Shown here piece after piece: positions 26,713-39,684 of a DNA stretch of 64,000 bases. Position 1 is the first letter of the stretch, and every line of letters starts with the position of its first letter. The notes beneath the pieces are model-generated. The model made no database searches, had not been told where the DNA came from, and worked only from the letters and a program-made list of their open reading frames with translations. The stretch covers positions 52,018,001 to 52,082,000 of the forward strand of contig NC_043006.1 of NCBI RefSeq assembly GCF_006345805.1, written 5' to 3'. Source of the stretch: Octopus sinensis (Eukaryota). Made by a program: the position numbers and the translations under genes.

Positions 26713-29679
26713 CTAAAAAAAAAAAGTTAAAAATAAAATAATAAAAAAAAAAACGTTGATTTGATTTATGTTGTTTTGACAATTCTATTGTTCAGTGTCA
26801 TCTCATACGCATGTTATAATATTCGTATGACATGTTAAAACGAAATGACAATCCCTTCTAATATTGTTACAAGGCCACACATTTGGAGAAGTAAAGGAGG
26901 AGAAATAGGAGGAAGAGGAGGATGAGGAGGAGTGGTGGGAAGATTTACTTCGATTATGAAAAATGACTGAAACTTGTAATTTAATAACATCGTTTTGAGT
27001 ATGGTTCGTTTGAAACTTATTGAATCGGCTGTTACTGTTACCTAGTGTAAACAAGCTGAACACTGAATAAAAAAAGACGCTAAAAATATATTCTGTATTT
27101 TGTAGATGGTCGGTTTCAGTTCAAAGAGAGTCACTAGAGTGCTATACTGGTAAACTACACTGACAATCAAAAGGCCGATGGTTTACAACGAACTCTCCCA
27201 GGTTTTGTGGTCAGGTCACAACTTTCTCTGTAAACTTGGCGATCTGGATCGATTGATATATTGCATTTTTGTAAATTGCAAACATAGTTGAAGACGGTCT
27301 TGATCGGTTCAAGTATGTTAGACATTTAACCTGATGATATACGATATAATTGTCATGTTTAAATACACTCACTAGCATGTGATGGTGTCGCATACTAACG
27401 GTAAAAAAAGGACAATAAAGTATGAAATTAAAATGTATCCTATTTACGACAACAGTTAAATTGCTAGCTATCAATTGCTAACAATTTTTATAGTGAGAAA
27501 TAATAGGCAAGTTTTAAAACTATTTCAGAGAGCATGAATCAGACACTGTAAGTTTGATGGAAGTTTAAAATAACCCGAAACCACAATAGTTTTTCATCAA
27601 GTATGTATGTACTTACAAGTAGTACTAAACTGTGTCATATGGTAGTGGATTCTCCGTCGATTTCGATGAAGAGCTTTCTATTGTTGAACCGACTGAAGTT
27701 TTTGTAAATAGCTGAGTTTTTCCCGAATAGGCGTAACATTAACGTAATTCTAAACTAAATCAGTGAGAAGGCTGAACCTTTGAATTACAAGTACAATCGG
27801 GAAAGAAAGAGGCAGATGATGGAAAACGATCTATTACTGGACTGGTAATTTACTGTTACTATATATAATTTATGAATTTTCAAACTTCGTGTAGGAATGA
27901 AAGAAAATCAGATCAATGAAGACCAACATGAGTGAGAATTATAGCACATAACAGTCGCATAAACTACAAAAGCCATGACAGTTTACGTCTCCAAAACCTC
28001 TCAAGGCAGCCAAATAAATAATGTAAATGATACAATTTTCTGAAAATTAAAAATGAATTAGTATACGTAATACGAGGTTTGAACAAATCAGTGAGTTCCA
28101 GAAATTTAATGTAGCTTCTGTTGGGCCAAAGACTTTTAGCGTACACTCGAGTGAAATTCCTCTCTCCCCTTTATTATATATACGTACATACGAACGTAGC
28201 AGATAACAACTAACCTTTGGCCGCTATTTGGACCCCGTTGTGTCGACTACTCTGATTGGTTGGTATTGGCGTAATTTGTCTCCTACTCTAACGCGCCAAT
28301 ATGCACCATAACCAATCGAAGTCCCTAAATAAGATCAAGTGAGACAGCTTGTTCACAATCCAATTTGAGCCTACTGTTATTTATAAAAATCCAGCAACTC
28401 GTTCTCTAGGTCTTTGGTTCCATGGTTAACAGCTGTACAAGTAACCCAGGCAGCAGTATTACAACCACAACTTCGTACGACAAATACCACAACCGGTCCT
28501 GCATCATCGCCACAACTTCTTAATACAGTATTTCTATCAACGTGTACAATTGACAACGAACTGGTATTTCTCATTCATGTGTCTATGAACATTCGTCTAA
28601 CCTCTCATTCTAGAATTTCATTTTCTTCCTATTCGTTGTTCTTATATGTATTTAAAGCACACGCAGACTCACATACACTTTGTTCTCATGACAGCCTGTC
28701 ATTTATTTTGTATACATGACACACACATGTTAACATACCAATAAAGACTTTCTCTAAACCTTCTACTCGGTTGTGTCTCTCTCTTTTCCTCACTGGCGCA
28801 TTACATGCATTACTACAGCCTTCTGATCTGAGTCATTATTAGATGGTCACACCACGCTTCACCTTAACCATCTACAGACTCATAGAAAACAGATTCTATA
28901 ATTGGAAATTTATATTATATTTCTGTTCTGATATTGAAACCATTTACGAAATAGGATCGATAAAATAAATAAGAGGCTGAAATAAGTGCTGGCACCCATA
29001 TGAACTAATAAGCATAAAAGCGGTGCACCAGCTTGGCCGCAAAGCAATGACTGAAATCAGTAAAAGTACAATTGAAAAATAGAATACGGCTATCTAGAAT
29101 TAGCATACATAATTTTAATGAAAATTTTGTTAAAAAAAAAATTAACACTGTTTTTCTCTAAAGAGGGTTTGATTTAAATTTATTAGAAAATTTAGTAAAA
29201 TTCAAGGAAAATATAAAACGAAATAAATATTTAATACACAACAAAATAATATTTCTGATTTCTGTAGTCTTTCAAAGTTTATACACGATCAACAAATTTA
29301 TAATAATATATTAGATATAACGCTTGGAAACAATAAATAATACTTTTCTGATAAATGGATTTCTTTCACAAACCACAAAGATCAACAAATTTCTAGAATA
29401 AGGGAATGAAATTGTTTGGTGTTTACGTCATTCACTGAAACATTAGTAACACATGTTAATGTGTTAGTTTCAATGCGAAATTGGGACTTGTGTTTGATTT
29501 CGGAAGATCACAACCAATATTCTCCTGGCGATACAGTGCTTCTCTGGAACAGTTCAGTTGTCAATAAGAATAAATTGATGCAATTCCAGACAAAATGCCC
29601 TTCATGTACTAAATACAGTATCGTCTTTGTACTTCCGAGTTTCAATGGAGTTCAGGTCGGCCTCAGTATTTTACAACCC

Positions 29680-29900
29680 TAAGGTGGTGAGCTGGCAGAA
29701 TCGTTACCGCGCCGGGCAAAATGTTTAGCGGCAATTCGTTTGTCTTTATGTTCTGAGTTCAAGTTTTGCCGAGATCGACTTTACTTTTTATCATTTCAGG
29801 GTCAATAAAAAATAAAGTACCAGTTGTGTACTGGGGTCAATGTAGTAAACTTACTCTTCCTTAAAATTTCTGGCCTTATGACAAAATTTGAGATCAATAT
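29680..29900 (+). mobile_element. SINE family A copy; minus-strand copies at 30630-30960 and 32480-33230
   Basis: Similar to 22051-22279. Confidence 0.8.
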
Positions 29901-30442
29901 TAAATAACTCTGGACCTAACGAAATAAGATTTAAAAAAATATAACTGCCAGCGATATACTGGAATCGCTTCTGTTAGCTATACACATCCGCTAAAATACA
30001 TTAGTTATATTACTATTTGATATATATAAATATATATACCAGAAATAATTTCACCAGTGCTAAAGTACTTTATTTACAATAATGTTGTTGCCAAAATTGA
30101 AACTTTTTTTTCTGCCTATTTCAAAGTTTCAGAGAAGGGTGATGATTGGATTCAGTCATTTTTGCTGTGAAGTACCAGAAAAAAAACTCAATATAATTTG
30201 CAGTAAATATCATCTACAGCAGTAACATTTACTACTGTAGATAGTAAATGTTATTGCTGTGGGTGACATAATCATGGTATAACTGACGACATATATGTTA
30301 GCTTGAATTACAGAGTTCAATTTCGTTCGTGAATGTCACTTGGCGAGAGAAAAATTCACCAATCTGATTTGAAATGGGAATGTACTCTAATCCGATTCGC
30401 ATCCAGACAAATCCTTGTAAAATTAAAACAATGGGTTCATAC

Positions 30443-30476
30443 TTCTCTTTGTAAGTTTCTGCACTTTTCAATATAG
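30443..30476 (-). CDS. Candidate 34-bp exon of the PDZ gene (P-ILKSAETYKE-K)
   Basis: Acceptor TTTTTTTCTGTAG and donor AA|GTATGA. Open in the phase 1 required by the 33707 donor. Confidence 0.3.
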
Positions 30477-31789
30477 CTACAGAAAAAAATTAAACTCCAT
30501 TTGAAATCAAGAAAATAACGCAATTTCCATATTGTTAGTCTAGTTTGCTGATTGTCTGTGGTGTCATTATTCATATTAATAATGGTTTCAAGTTTTCGTA
30601 TAAGGTCAGCAATTTTAGACGCAGGTGCCAACTAGTATTTATTTTATTGACCACAAAAGGATGATAGGCAAAGTCGATCTCACAGAATTTGATCTTCAGA
30701 GTTTGAAGAGCTAGAAGAAACGCTGCTAAGCATTCTACCCGCTCGCCAAATCATATTGGTTTTAAGTTTAAGCCCAAGGCCAGTAATTTCGAGTGAGTTG
30801 GTCACATTGACGTCAGTACTCAAATAGTACTAAATTTATCGACCCCGAAAGGATGAAAATCAGAGTCGACCCCAGTGGCACTTGAACTCAGAACTTGAAG
30901 ACGGACGAAATGTGCTAAACGTTTTACCTGTCAAGCTAGCGACTCTGCCAGTTCACCACTCTCGAATCATATTCGTAATAACAATAAAAATAATTAGTTG
31001 TGACTAACATCTCACTGGGTGAGAGCGGACTTTTCATTAGTTTAAAACATTGTTCTTTTCTCTAACTCAAACCGGTAAATTTTCTTTTATCTCAGAGTTT
31101 AACAGCTTAAGTTTGATTAAGTGTTTCTTTAGAATAGTCACAAATGGGCTAAATTTTTAGAATAGGAAACATATCGCAAATAACATTATGCCATTTGCGA
31201 AAGAAGTAAAATTTAAATGGTTCCATTAAAAATCATAACACGTCATAAAAACTCGGCTCAAGGTGTAAGCTAAGCTTTTACTTCAAACTCCATGGTACAC
31301 GACAAAAATATTTTTGAGGTTATAATCTAAGCACAGAGATTGTATTTTTTTAGTATAAAAGGTGTTATAGGGCCGCTATAAATAACATATGTTTAAGATA
31401 AAACATTCCAAGCAGTAAAAAACTGAGTTAAGAATGCTAGACAATGATATTTTTTTTTGTATCATAAATGTGTGGTAAAAGTTAGTCATTAACTGGAAAG
31501 ATGTTACAATGGTTGTTTGATAGTCTGGCAGTCTTTATGTGGAGAATTCACTCTTTGGTCACACAAGTCCATGTTAAATGCACACTATATATACATTTAG
31601 CTGTATATATGCGTGTGTATATGCGTGTCTGGGGTGAGCGTCACAATACTCAGACACATACACACATATACACATTTTAAAAACTTTCTGTCATAATTGA
31701 CGTTGAAAATCAGGAAGGTTTTAACTCCACGGTTGTGACTGGGGAGAATTATTACTCTATTCTATGTAAAGTCGTTAGTTACTTATACA

Positions 31790-31837
<48 letters not shown>

Positions 31838-31893
31838 ATATATATATATATAATATATATACATACATACATACGTACATACATATATACGCA

Positions 31894-31942
<49 letters not shown>

Positions 31943-33706
31943 ATACATACATACATTTGCATACACTTACGTACATATATACGTATGTGTGTGTGTGTAT
32001 GTATATATGTATGTATATTAACCGCTAGTTTCGGGAACTATTTCGTCTTGGTTGTGTGAGTTTTCATCCACTGGTGGAGACGCCCACTGTGTGTCGTTTT
32101 CTACGTAAACTCCGGAATTCCTGTCCTCAGAAGAATTTTCAGTAACTGTGGGTGGTGTCAGCTCAACCGGTGGCAAACCTAGAAATATGAAACGATTTAA
32201 TAAATTACTATTTCATTAAGAAAATCACAAAATATATTTGTGGAACTTTATAATGAAAACGAAATTATATTGGGTGATTTCTTTTCTTGATTAGATGCTT
32301 AGTGAGAAGAGTAAAGGGTTGCCTTGATGTCCCCCTCCAGGGTCTCGGAGATTGGTAGCCTAAAAGAAGGGGACGTTATCTTCAGCTTGGAAACTTGTGT
32401 GTGTACGTACACGAACGCACGCATTCGATATTCGAATGACTTTTGACAATAAATATAGTTGTTTCCGATTTAGACATAAAACCAGCAGTTTTGTGAAGAT
32501 GGGATTATTCGATAACATCGATCCTAGTGTTTGACTAGTATTTCGTTTTATCGGCCCAAAAAGAAGGAAAGGCAACCTCAGCGGGATTCGACTTCACAAC
32601 TTTAAAATTTAATTTCATAAAACATTCTCCGACGCTCTGATACTTCATCCAGTTGATTGCTGCCTTGTTTTCGATGAGCTTTGAAAGCAGAACGTAAAGA
32701 ACCAGAAGAAATGCAGCTAAGCATTTTGTTCGACGCGTTAATGATTCTACCAGCTCGCTGCTTTTATTTCAAATTTTGGCATAAGGTCAGAAATGTTATG
32801 GGGTGAAGGTTAGTCGACCCCTGTACTTGACAATTACTTTATTTTATCGACATTGCTTTTTGACTTTGCGGGATTTGAACTTTGAACGGAAAGTGCTCGA
32901 ACAAATACCACAAGGCATTTTGATTTTACCCGACACTCTAATGACTATAGTTATAGGCAGTCTTAGAAATAATAATCATGATTTCAAATTTTGACACAAG
33001 GCCAGCAATTTTAGTGGAGGAGACAAGTCGATTACATCGACCCCAGTGCTCAACTGGTACTCATTTAATCGACCCCAGGAAGATGAAGGGCAAAGTCAAC
33101 GTCAGCGGAATTTGAAGTCAAAACGAAAAGGTGGACAAAATGTCGCTATGCCTTTTGCCAAGTCGACCTCGATGGAATTTGAACTCAGAACGTAAAGACG
33201 AACGAAATGTCGCTAAGCATTCTGCCTGGAAATGTGTTAAATGTTGAAAGCAGTCTACCTGATTTAAGTATAAGACTAATGACAGTGGCACTTAATATAA
33301 CTACACTGAAATATAACGTGACTGCTGATGAGACTATTGGGATATGAAGCAGCTGTATAATCGATCCCTCTCTTCCTGTCCACGGTGAGGTTGTATAAAC
33401 ATGCTAGATGCGTGTATTTAATAAATATATGAGTGCATCGGCGGCTAAAATCAATATATATACCCCTTCTGAAATTTCGTGTTATACATGTGTGTGTACG
33501 TATGTATATGTGCACACACACACACACGTGTGTGTGTGTATACGTGTGTGTATGTGTGTGTATGTGCGTGTGTGTGAGTGTGCGTGTGTGTGAGTGTGTG
33601 TGTGCGTGCGTGTGTGTGTGTGTGTGTGTGTGTTAGGAAAAATCTCAAAATAGATCTGTACGGAATTAAGTCCGATTAAAAGTAATACATCAGATTATTG
33701 ACTTAC

Positions 33707-33858
33707 GTTCCAGCGTCTCTTGAAGAATTCGGAAAGATCTTGATTGTAGATTCGGATTAACCATACACTGAAAACATTCTAAGTCTTGATCAGAGGAATA
33801 AGACTTAGGTCGAGCCTTAACTTTTGGTGCTGGCTTTGGTGGAACTTTACTGAAATCC
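33707..33858 (-). CDS. Internal exon of a PDLIM/Zasp-like (ALP/Enigma family) gene with the QSRSFRILQ motif
   Basis: Acceptor (T)nGTAG, donor AAC|GTAAGT, phase 2 to phase 1. Encodes (R)DFSKVPPKPAPKVKARPKSYSSDQDLECFQCMVNPNLQSRSFRILQETLE. In phase with the PDZ exon at 49033-49184. Confidence 0.92.
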
Positions 33859-33929
33859 CTACAAAAAAAAAAAAAGAAACCAAACGTTAAGTTAACTCAT
33901 ATTAGTAAAATTAACATGGGTTTAAATTA

Positions 33930-34498
33930 TTGGGTTGTCTGGAAAGTTCGTGCCAATTTTTAAAGGAAAGAAAAAGCTCAATAAATTCTTGCCATTACAT
34001 TTTCAATCAACCAATAATATGAACCATTTTGTTGCACAATGCATCTCCATCTTTCCTTTAACTTGAAAATAACCTCTTCCCAGAATTGAGGTGGTTTCAT
34101 GGCAAAGAATTCATCAAGGTATCTTTTTTACATCATCAAAGGAATTGAAATTTTCACCATTAAGACTATTCTGCAGAGACCTGAATAAGTGGAAATCCGA
34201 AGGAGTAATATCTGGGGAATATGGAGGCTGGGGTAACACATGCTAGCCGTGCTGCGGCAATTTTCGTCGGGTTCCCAAAGCATCAAGTGCCGAAAATGAA
34301 CTTTTTAATCTTCCATTTTAAAGGGTTACAGAATTAACACAGGTTATTGGAACATAAACCTTCTTCCACGAAAAGATAACTTAAACTGTGCTCTAAATTG
34401 AGGTGTAGTCAAATCCTATCTTATGGACTCAACCATGTTCTAAAATAAGTCGAAAGGTAAGCTACTATAAATCGGCACGAACTTTCTGGACAACCCAA
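33930..34498 (-). mobile_element. Internally deleted mariner element with both TIRs
   Basis: TIRs TTGGGTTGTCTGGAAAGTTCGTGCC / GGCACGAACTTTCTGGACAACCCAA, TA at left. Carries a PYSPDITPSDFHLF remnant. Confidence 0.92.
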
Positions 34499-34739
34499 TG
34501 AAAACAAAATGGAATATAAAATATGTCTGAATCCCTAAAAAGTTTTAAAATAGTTGTTTTTAGGAGCTTGTTTGGAGCATAAAATAGCAACCCGTCTTTG
34601 AATTTCACAGGTGGAATATTTAATGATATATGAGTTTTAATACTGCGTTAGGTTTCATTTCTAATTCGGACGTGTGAGATTCCTTGTAATTTTGTCATAT
34701 TTTCATGTAACCAAAACTAATCTACGATTTAGGTAATAG

Positions 34740-34839
34740 ACGGTAATTCAAATACAAATCACTTATCGCTAAATGCATTTTCTCACAAACATGTATATGC
34801 AATTGAAAAAAACCGCATTATTTATGGGATGACCCAATA
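34740..34839. mobile_element. Mariner-type terminal fragment
   Basis: Ends ...GCATTATTTATGGGATGACCCAA-TA, similar to the end of the 12650-13325 element. Confidence 0.6.
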
Positions 34840-35004
34840 TGTACTTATGTATGTGCATGTGTCTGAACATACATACATACATAATACATACATAAATACA
34901 TACATACATACATACATACATACATACATACATACATACATACATACATACACAGACGTTGGCGATTTTCTTTCTCCGTCTTCCCATCTTTGAACTTTTT
35001 CTAT

Positions 35005-35039
35005 ATTTCTGATGAAGAGCTCCGCTCGAAACGTGAAAT
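35005..35039 (+). ncRNA. Minimal type I hammerhead-ribozyme-like motif in a Penelope-like tail, probably inactive
   Basis: ATTT-CTGATGA-A-GAGC-TCC-GCTC-GAAA-CGT-G-AAAT: core CUGANGA and GAAA, 4-bp stem II, palindromic ACGU stem III, 4-bp stem I. The cleavage-site base is G instead of H. Confidence 0.55.
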
Positions 35040-35140
35040 CCTCTTTCTTTTCTTTCCTTTCCTGACCGTCCAATAATAATACAGTACTTGTTCCACGTCC
35101 ACGTGTTGTTGTTTTTCTTACTTGTTCCTGTTTGTATTGA

Positions 35141-35177
<37 letters not shown>

Positions 35178-35457
35178 ATGCGTCTAGGTCTGCATACATA
35201 TATGGTAAAAACCATTTGCCCGATATCTTTGCGCACATTCCTCAAGAAGAGTTCCACAGTAACAAGGAAATCCGTTCTGTCGGCCCATTGAAAACAACAC
35301 AACTGTGAAAACTGTTCTTAGTGCATTATGATTCGAAACTATCCCTAGTATAAGTATTAATTTAGAAAAAGTGGGCTTACCCAATGCCACTCAAAGTATA
35401 ATTAAACACTACATATTTTTAAGTGCTTACACATGCAGACGAACACACATCCGCATT

Positions 35458-35518
<61 letters not shown>

Positions 35519-35554
35519 ATATGTGTGTGTGTATGTGTGTGTGTATGTGTGTGT

Positions 35555-35760
35555 ATAGGTCTGAAGAGGCATCTGAACATGCTCAAAGAGCACAATGAAA
35601 TGACAGATTCAGAACTGAGACAAGTTTGCAATATTTATAGAAAGTCTTTTTTTAAGAGACTCTCTGGGCTCAAAAGCCATATCTGTTCTCATTCGAGGAG
35701 CTAACGATATATTTGTGCTTGATGTGGTCAAACTTTGTTTCAGGGCAGACTGCCTTCATA
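35555..35760 (+). mobile_element. LINE (RTE-like) 3' end with degenerate C2H2 fingers
   Basis: GLKRHLNM...VCNIYRKSFFKRLSGLKSHICSH, then a short UTR and (TA)n. Confidence 0.55.
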
Positions 35761-35889
35761 TATATATATATATATATATATATCAAATGTGAGGATAAAA
35801 TTCTTTTCGAAAGAAAAATATTTTCTCGAAAAAAATTTTATCAATGGCCAGCATATTAAAGAATACCTTTAACGGTTAAATTTATAAAC

Positions 35890-36034
35890 AATTCATAAAT
35901 GAGGGCAAAGGAAAAAAATTCTAATGCCAAATATGCCGAAAAATTGGACATATTGTCCATTATGGTTAATGGACAATATGTCCAATTTTTCGGTATATTT
36001 GGCATTAGAATTTTTTCCTTTGCCCTCATTTATG

Positions 36035-36038
<4 letters not shown>
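35890..36038. repeat. Near-perfect 149-bp palindrome (about 72-bp arms, 4-nt loop)
   Basis: AATTCATAAATGAGGGCAAAGG...TGTCCATTA-TGGT-TAATGGACA...CCTTTGCCCTCATTTATGAATT, between (TA)n tracts. Confidence 0.95.
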
Positions 36039-36100
<62 letters not shown>

Positions 36101-36465
36101 CGCTATATATATACTTCCCCACAGCCTTGGGGCTCAACCATTGTCCAACCCCTGTCCAATGTTTGTTCAACCTTTGTAAAATCCCTTTATATCACTGGCG
36201 TGATGTGGTACATTGGGCAACCCCATGGTAGAAACAGCTGTGAGAGTTTAGTATTTGTACACTCATTTATTCTTACTCGTTTATTTTTATTTATCTATAT
36301 ATTTACTTATTTATTGGCTTATTTCATTCGTTTATTTAGATCACTTATACATATGATTGTAATCAATTAATAAATAGATATAATTGAATGTTTACAGGCT
36401 GATGTTTGTCGATTTTTTTATCCTCTTCATTTTCTTATTTGCCTTACACACACACACACACACAC

Positions 36466-36518
<53 letters not shown>

Positions 36519-36698
36519 GCATAATAGACTATAAGGATAAAAATCACGTTAATGATTTTTAGCAATTTTTAGCATACTGTAAAAATTTATAGGCAATTAC
36601 AGGCAATTTATACATTAAATTAATAATAATGTACATATGCATATAATTATATTAAAGGTGCAAGGGTGAAAACGACCTATCTCCAGCATGCTTGAAGA

Positions 36699-36974
36699 GC
36701 CGATACCTTAAAAAAAACTATTAAAAACTCCAGCTAAATATACACATAGCTGAAAGCGGGCTAGTGAAAGAAAATTTAAAAGACCTCACGTTAATTGTGA
36801 ATTGTTTCCAATTTCTAGATTAAAGCAATAAACAAGCCCTCCTCCTTCGTCAACACAATACTCGGGGAAATATAAACCCAAATAATTGTACATTTTAAAT
36901 TTTCTTCCACAAGCCCGCTTTCAGCCACGTGTATATTTATCTGGAGTTTTTGGTAGATTTTTCAAGGTATCGGC
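36699..36974. repeat. Imperfect ~83-bp inverted repeat with ~110-bp spacer, Penelope-like
   Basis: GCCGATACCTT...GCTGAAAGCGGGCT...AAAATTTAAAA pairs with TTTTAAATTTT...AGCCCGCTTTCAGC...AAGGTATCGGC. Confidence 0.8.
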
Positions 36975-36976
36975 AC

Positions 36977-37012
<36 letters not shown>

Positions 37013-37272
37013 GCACCCACATATATATACCACCACCACTACCACCATCATCATCATCATGTTAAATCGTTTATCCCGACACATCTTTTCTCTCTCCGTT
37101 TTTCCTTTCTTTCTCCATTTTTTAACCCCTTTCTGTCGAAGAATGTAGGCTCGAAACATCAAAGACTTTTCCATTCTTCCCGAGTGTCAAACTAGTACAT
37201 CTGCTTATTGTTCTCTCACTTGTCTTTGTCTTAATTTTCAGTACATTTGAACCTTATATATGTGTATGTGTG

Positions 37273-37331
<59 letters not shown>

Positions 37332-38258
37332 ACACACACACGCAAATAAACATATACATATATATATGTACACAAACATGCATAAACACATTAATACATA
37401 AATCAAATGATTTTATCTTTAATAAGAAAAACTACTACAATAATGCTTTACTAAGTCGTCGATTCAAAGACATTATCTACTCAGTGAATTCCAGTTACCG
37501 CCCCATAAAAGGTGTGTCCGTTTTATTTAGTGTCAGAGCTAATACCACATAGACTTTTCTAAATGGTAATGCACAAAACCTTCCGGTTGATTATAAATTT
37601 AGAAAGCAATTTATCAGGACAATCTTTAACTAAACTGTAGTTACATCACAAAGACGACAGATATATCACGTACACTCTCTCCCAGAATGTCTAAGGCTAA
37701 ATGATCATGCAGAAATACCAACACAATCCTGCAAATTATGTCTCGTATCGCAGACACGTCATTTATGAAACAGGAGTAGCCTCCATAAAACAAAACTTTG
37801 TTGTGTCACGTAAACAATAGACAGTCATGCCAGGAGAGAAGTTCAAACAAGTATTCTCCAGCAATATTTCTGTTTTAAAAAAATTTTTTTTTTACTCATC
37901 GATAATTAGCCAACAATCTCTTAGAAACTTAAGAGAAGAACATTTCAATAGCAACATCAAATAAAAGACCATTGAATCTTTACGGGAATATAGAAAAGAA
38001 ATGTAATCTTTGCGCTGTGGAGAGACGCCTCATCTTCAAAAATCTGTTTAAGCATGAGCTCTATTTGTATAGCAGAGCAAAAATTTTGTAAGGTGTAGAC
38101 ACTTTGAGACTATCTCTTGCTGTAAGTATATACGTACACGCACACACACACACACACACGCGCGCGTGCGTGTGTGTGACCATGTGTGTTTGCTCTGAGA
38201 GATAAACAGAAATAAGCAGGCACACACATACGTTCAAATGCTTATACATACATATACA

Positions 38259-38295
<37 letters not shown>

Positions 38296-38330
38296 ATGTG
38301 TGTGAGTGTATATACACACGCACACAAATT

Positions 38331-38363
<33 letters not shown>

Positions 38364-38827
38364 TATATATATATATGTATATGTATTTATATATGACAAA
38401 AATTAAATTAAATTACGTTACAACCATGACATAAACATCTGAGAATACACTCTAATTGTTTCTCGCCCTTTGATCACGTGATATGTGTCGTTTGCTATTT
38501 CCATTTCCTCCTGTCTACAGTGTCGTCTGCTTTTTAGATTTAGTTCTAGTCAACAGTGACAGCTGACAAATGTGTCGGTAGCAGTGTCTCGTCGGTCATC
38601 TTATATCTCTTTCCTTTAAGTCTTTTCTTCTCCCGTTCTCTGAAGTAGTATATGATACTCGATGTACCTCTCCCTCTCTATTTATCTGTATATCACTCTC
38701 TCTTTCTTTCTCTCTTTCTATCTCTCTATCTCTTTCTCCCTCTCCCTGTTTCTACCTATTGCCACACTCCCTCACACACCTGCACATATCCTATTCTATT
38801 TATTATTATAATCTTTATGTTTTTGAG

Positions 38828-38889
38828 TGAAAGGGGTGTTTGTGAACGCGTGTTTTATATAAACAGGAAATCGTGTTGGGCATTCAGTC
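38828..38889. promoter_or_regulatory. Candidate TATA plus Initiator core promoter, possibly bidirectional
   Basis: Plus strand: TATATAAA at 38856 and TCAGTC with +1 A at 38886 (30 nt apart). Minus strand: TATAAAA from 38859 and TCACTC with A at 38828 (31 nt apart). Confidence 0.35.
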
Positions 38890-39242
38890 TTTTAAGTTTT
38901 CTTCGACGGGCATTAGGTGTCAGTTTTACATGAGGAATGACAGTATCTGATGATAATGGCTTTCTCAAAGAAGGGCGTGTATATGTGCGTCAAGTGGATT
39001 TAACTAAAACATTTCAAATTGAAGAGTAATTTGGAGAAGTAAGCCAGTTGCATTTATGTAAACGTAAGCACATGCATACACACAGACACACACATATATT
39101 CACGCACATTACTCACACATGCATACAAACACACACACACACATACACACATACAGGCACATACAAACACATACACACACAAAAGTCTGAACATATGTAT
39201 ATGCATTTAAACATATACATACATACATACATACACATATCC

Positions 39243-39475
39243 TGTAGTTAGTTATGGCCAGTCAGTAAGCTTCATATCAATAATCGCTCTTAGCAATAGA
39301 GTCTATTCACCAGACCTGCTGACCAGAGGCACATAACTTCTTTACATTACCTCCCATCAGTAAAGTGGTCATGTTCCTCAGGCCAACAGGTTTAACAAGT
39401 CACCTGTATTGCTAAGAGCAATAATGGACGTGAAACCAATGGTAACTTTCTGACCGACTATAACCCACGACTACA
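39243..39475. repeat. Old fold-back (MITE-like) inverted repeat
   Basis: Matching blocks TGTAGT/ACTACA, GCTCTTAGCAATA/TATTGCTAAGAGC and ACCTGCTGACC/GGCCAACAGGT. Confidence 0.65.
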
Positions 39476-39612
39476 TAAATATTACTGCTCATAAAATTTT
39501 TTTAGATTATATATGTGTGCGTGCGTGCGTGCGTGTGTGTGTGTGTATGTTTGTGTGTCTGTATGCCTGCGCGTGTGTATGTATGTATGTATATATATAT
39601 ATACACCTACAC

Positions 39613-39684
<72 letters not shown>

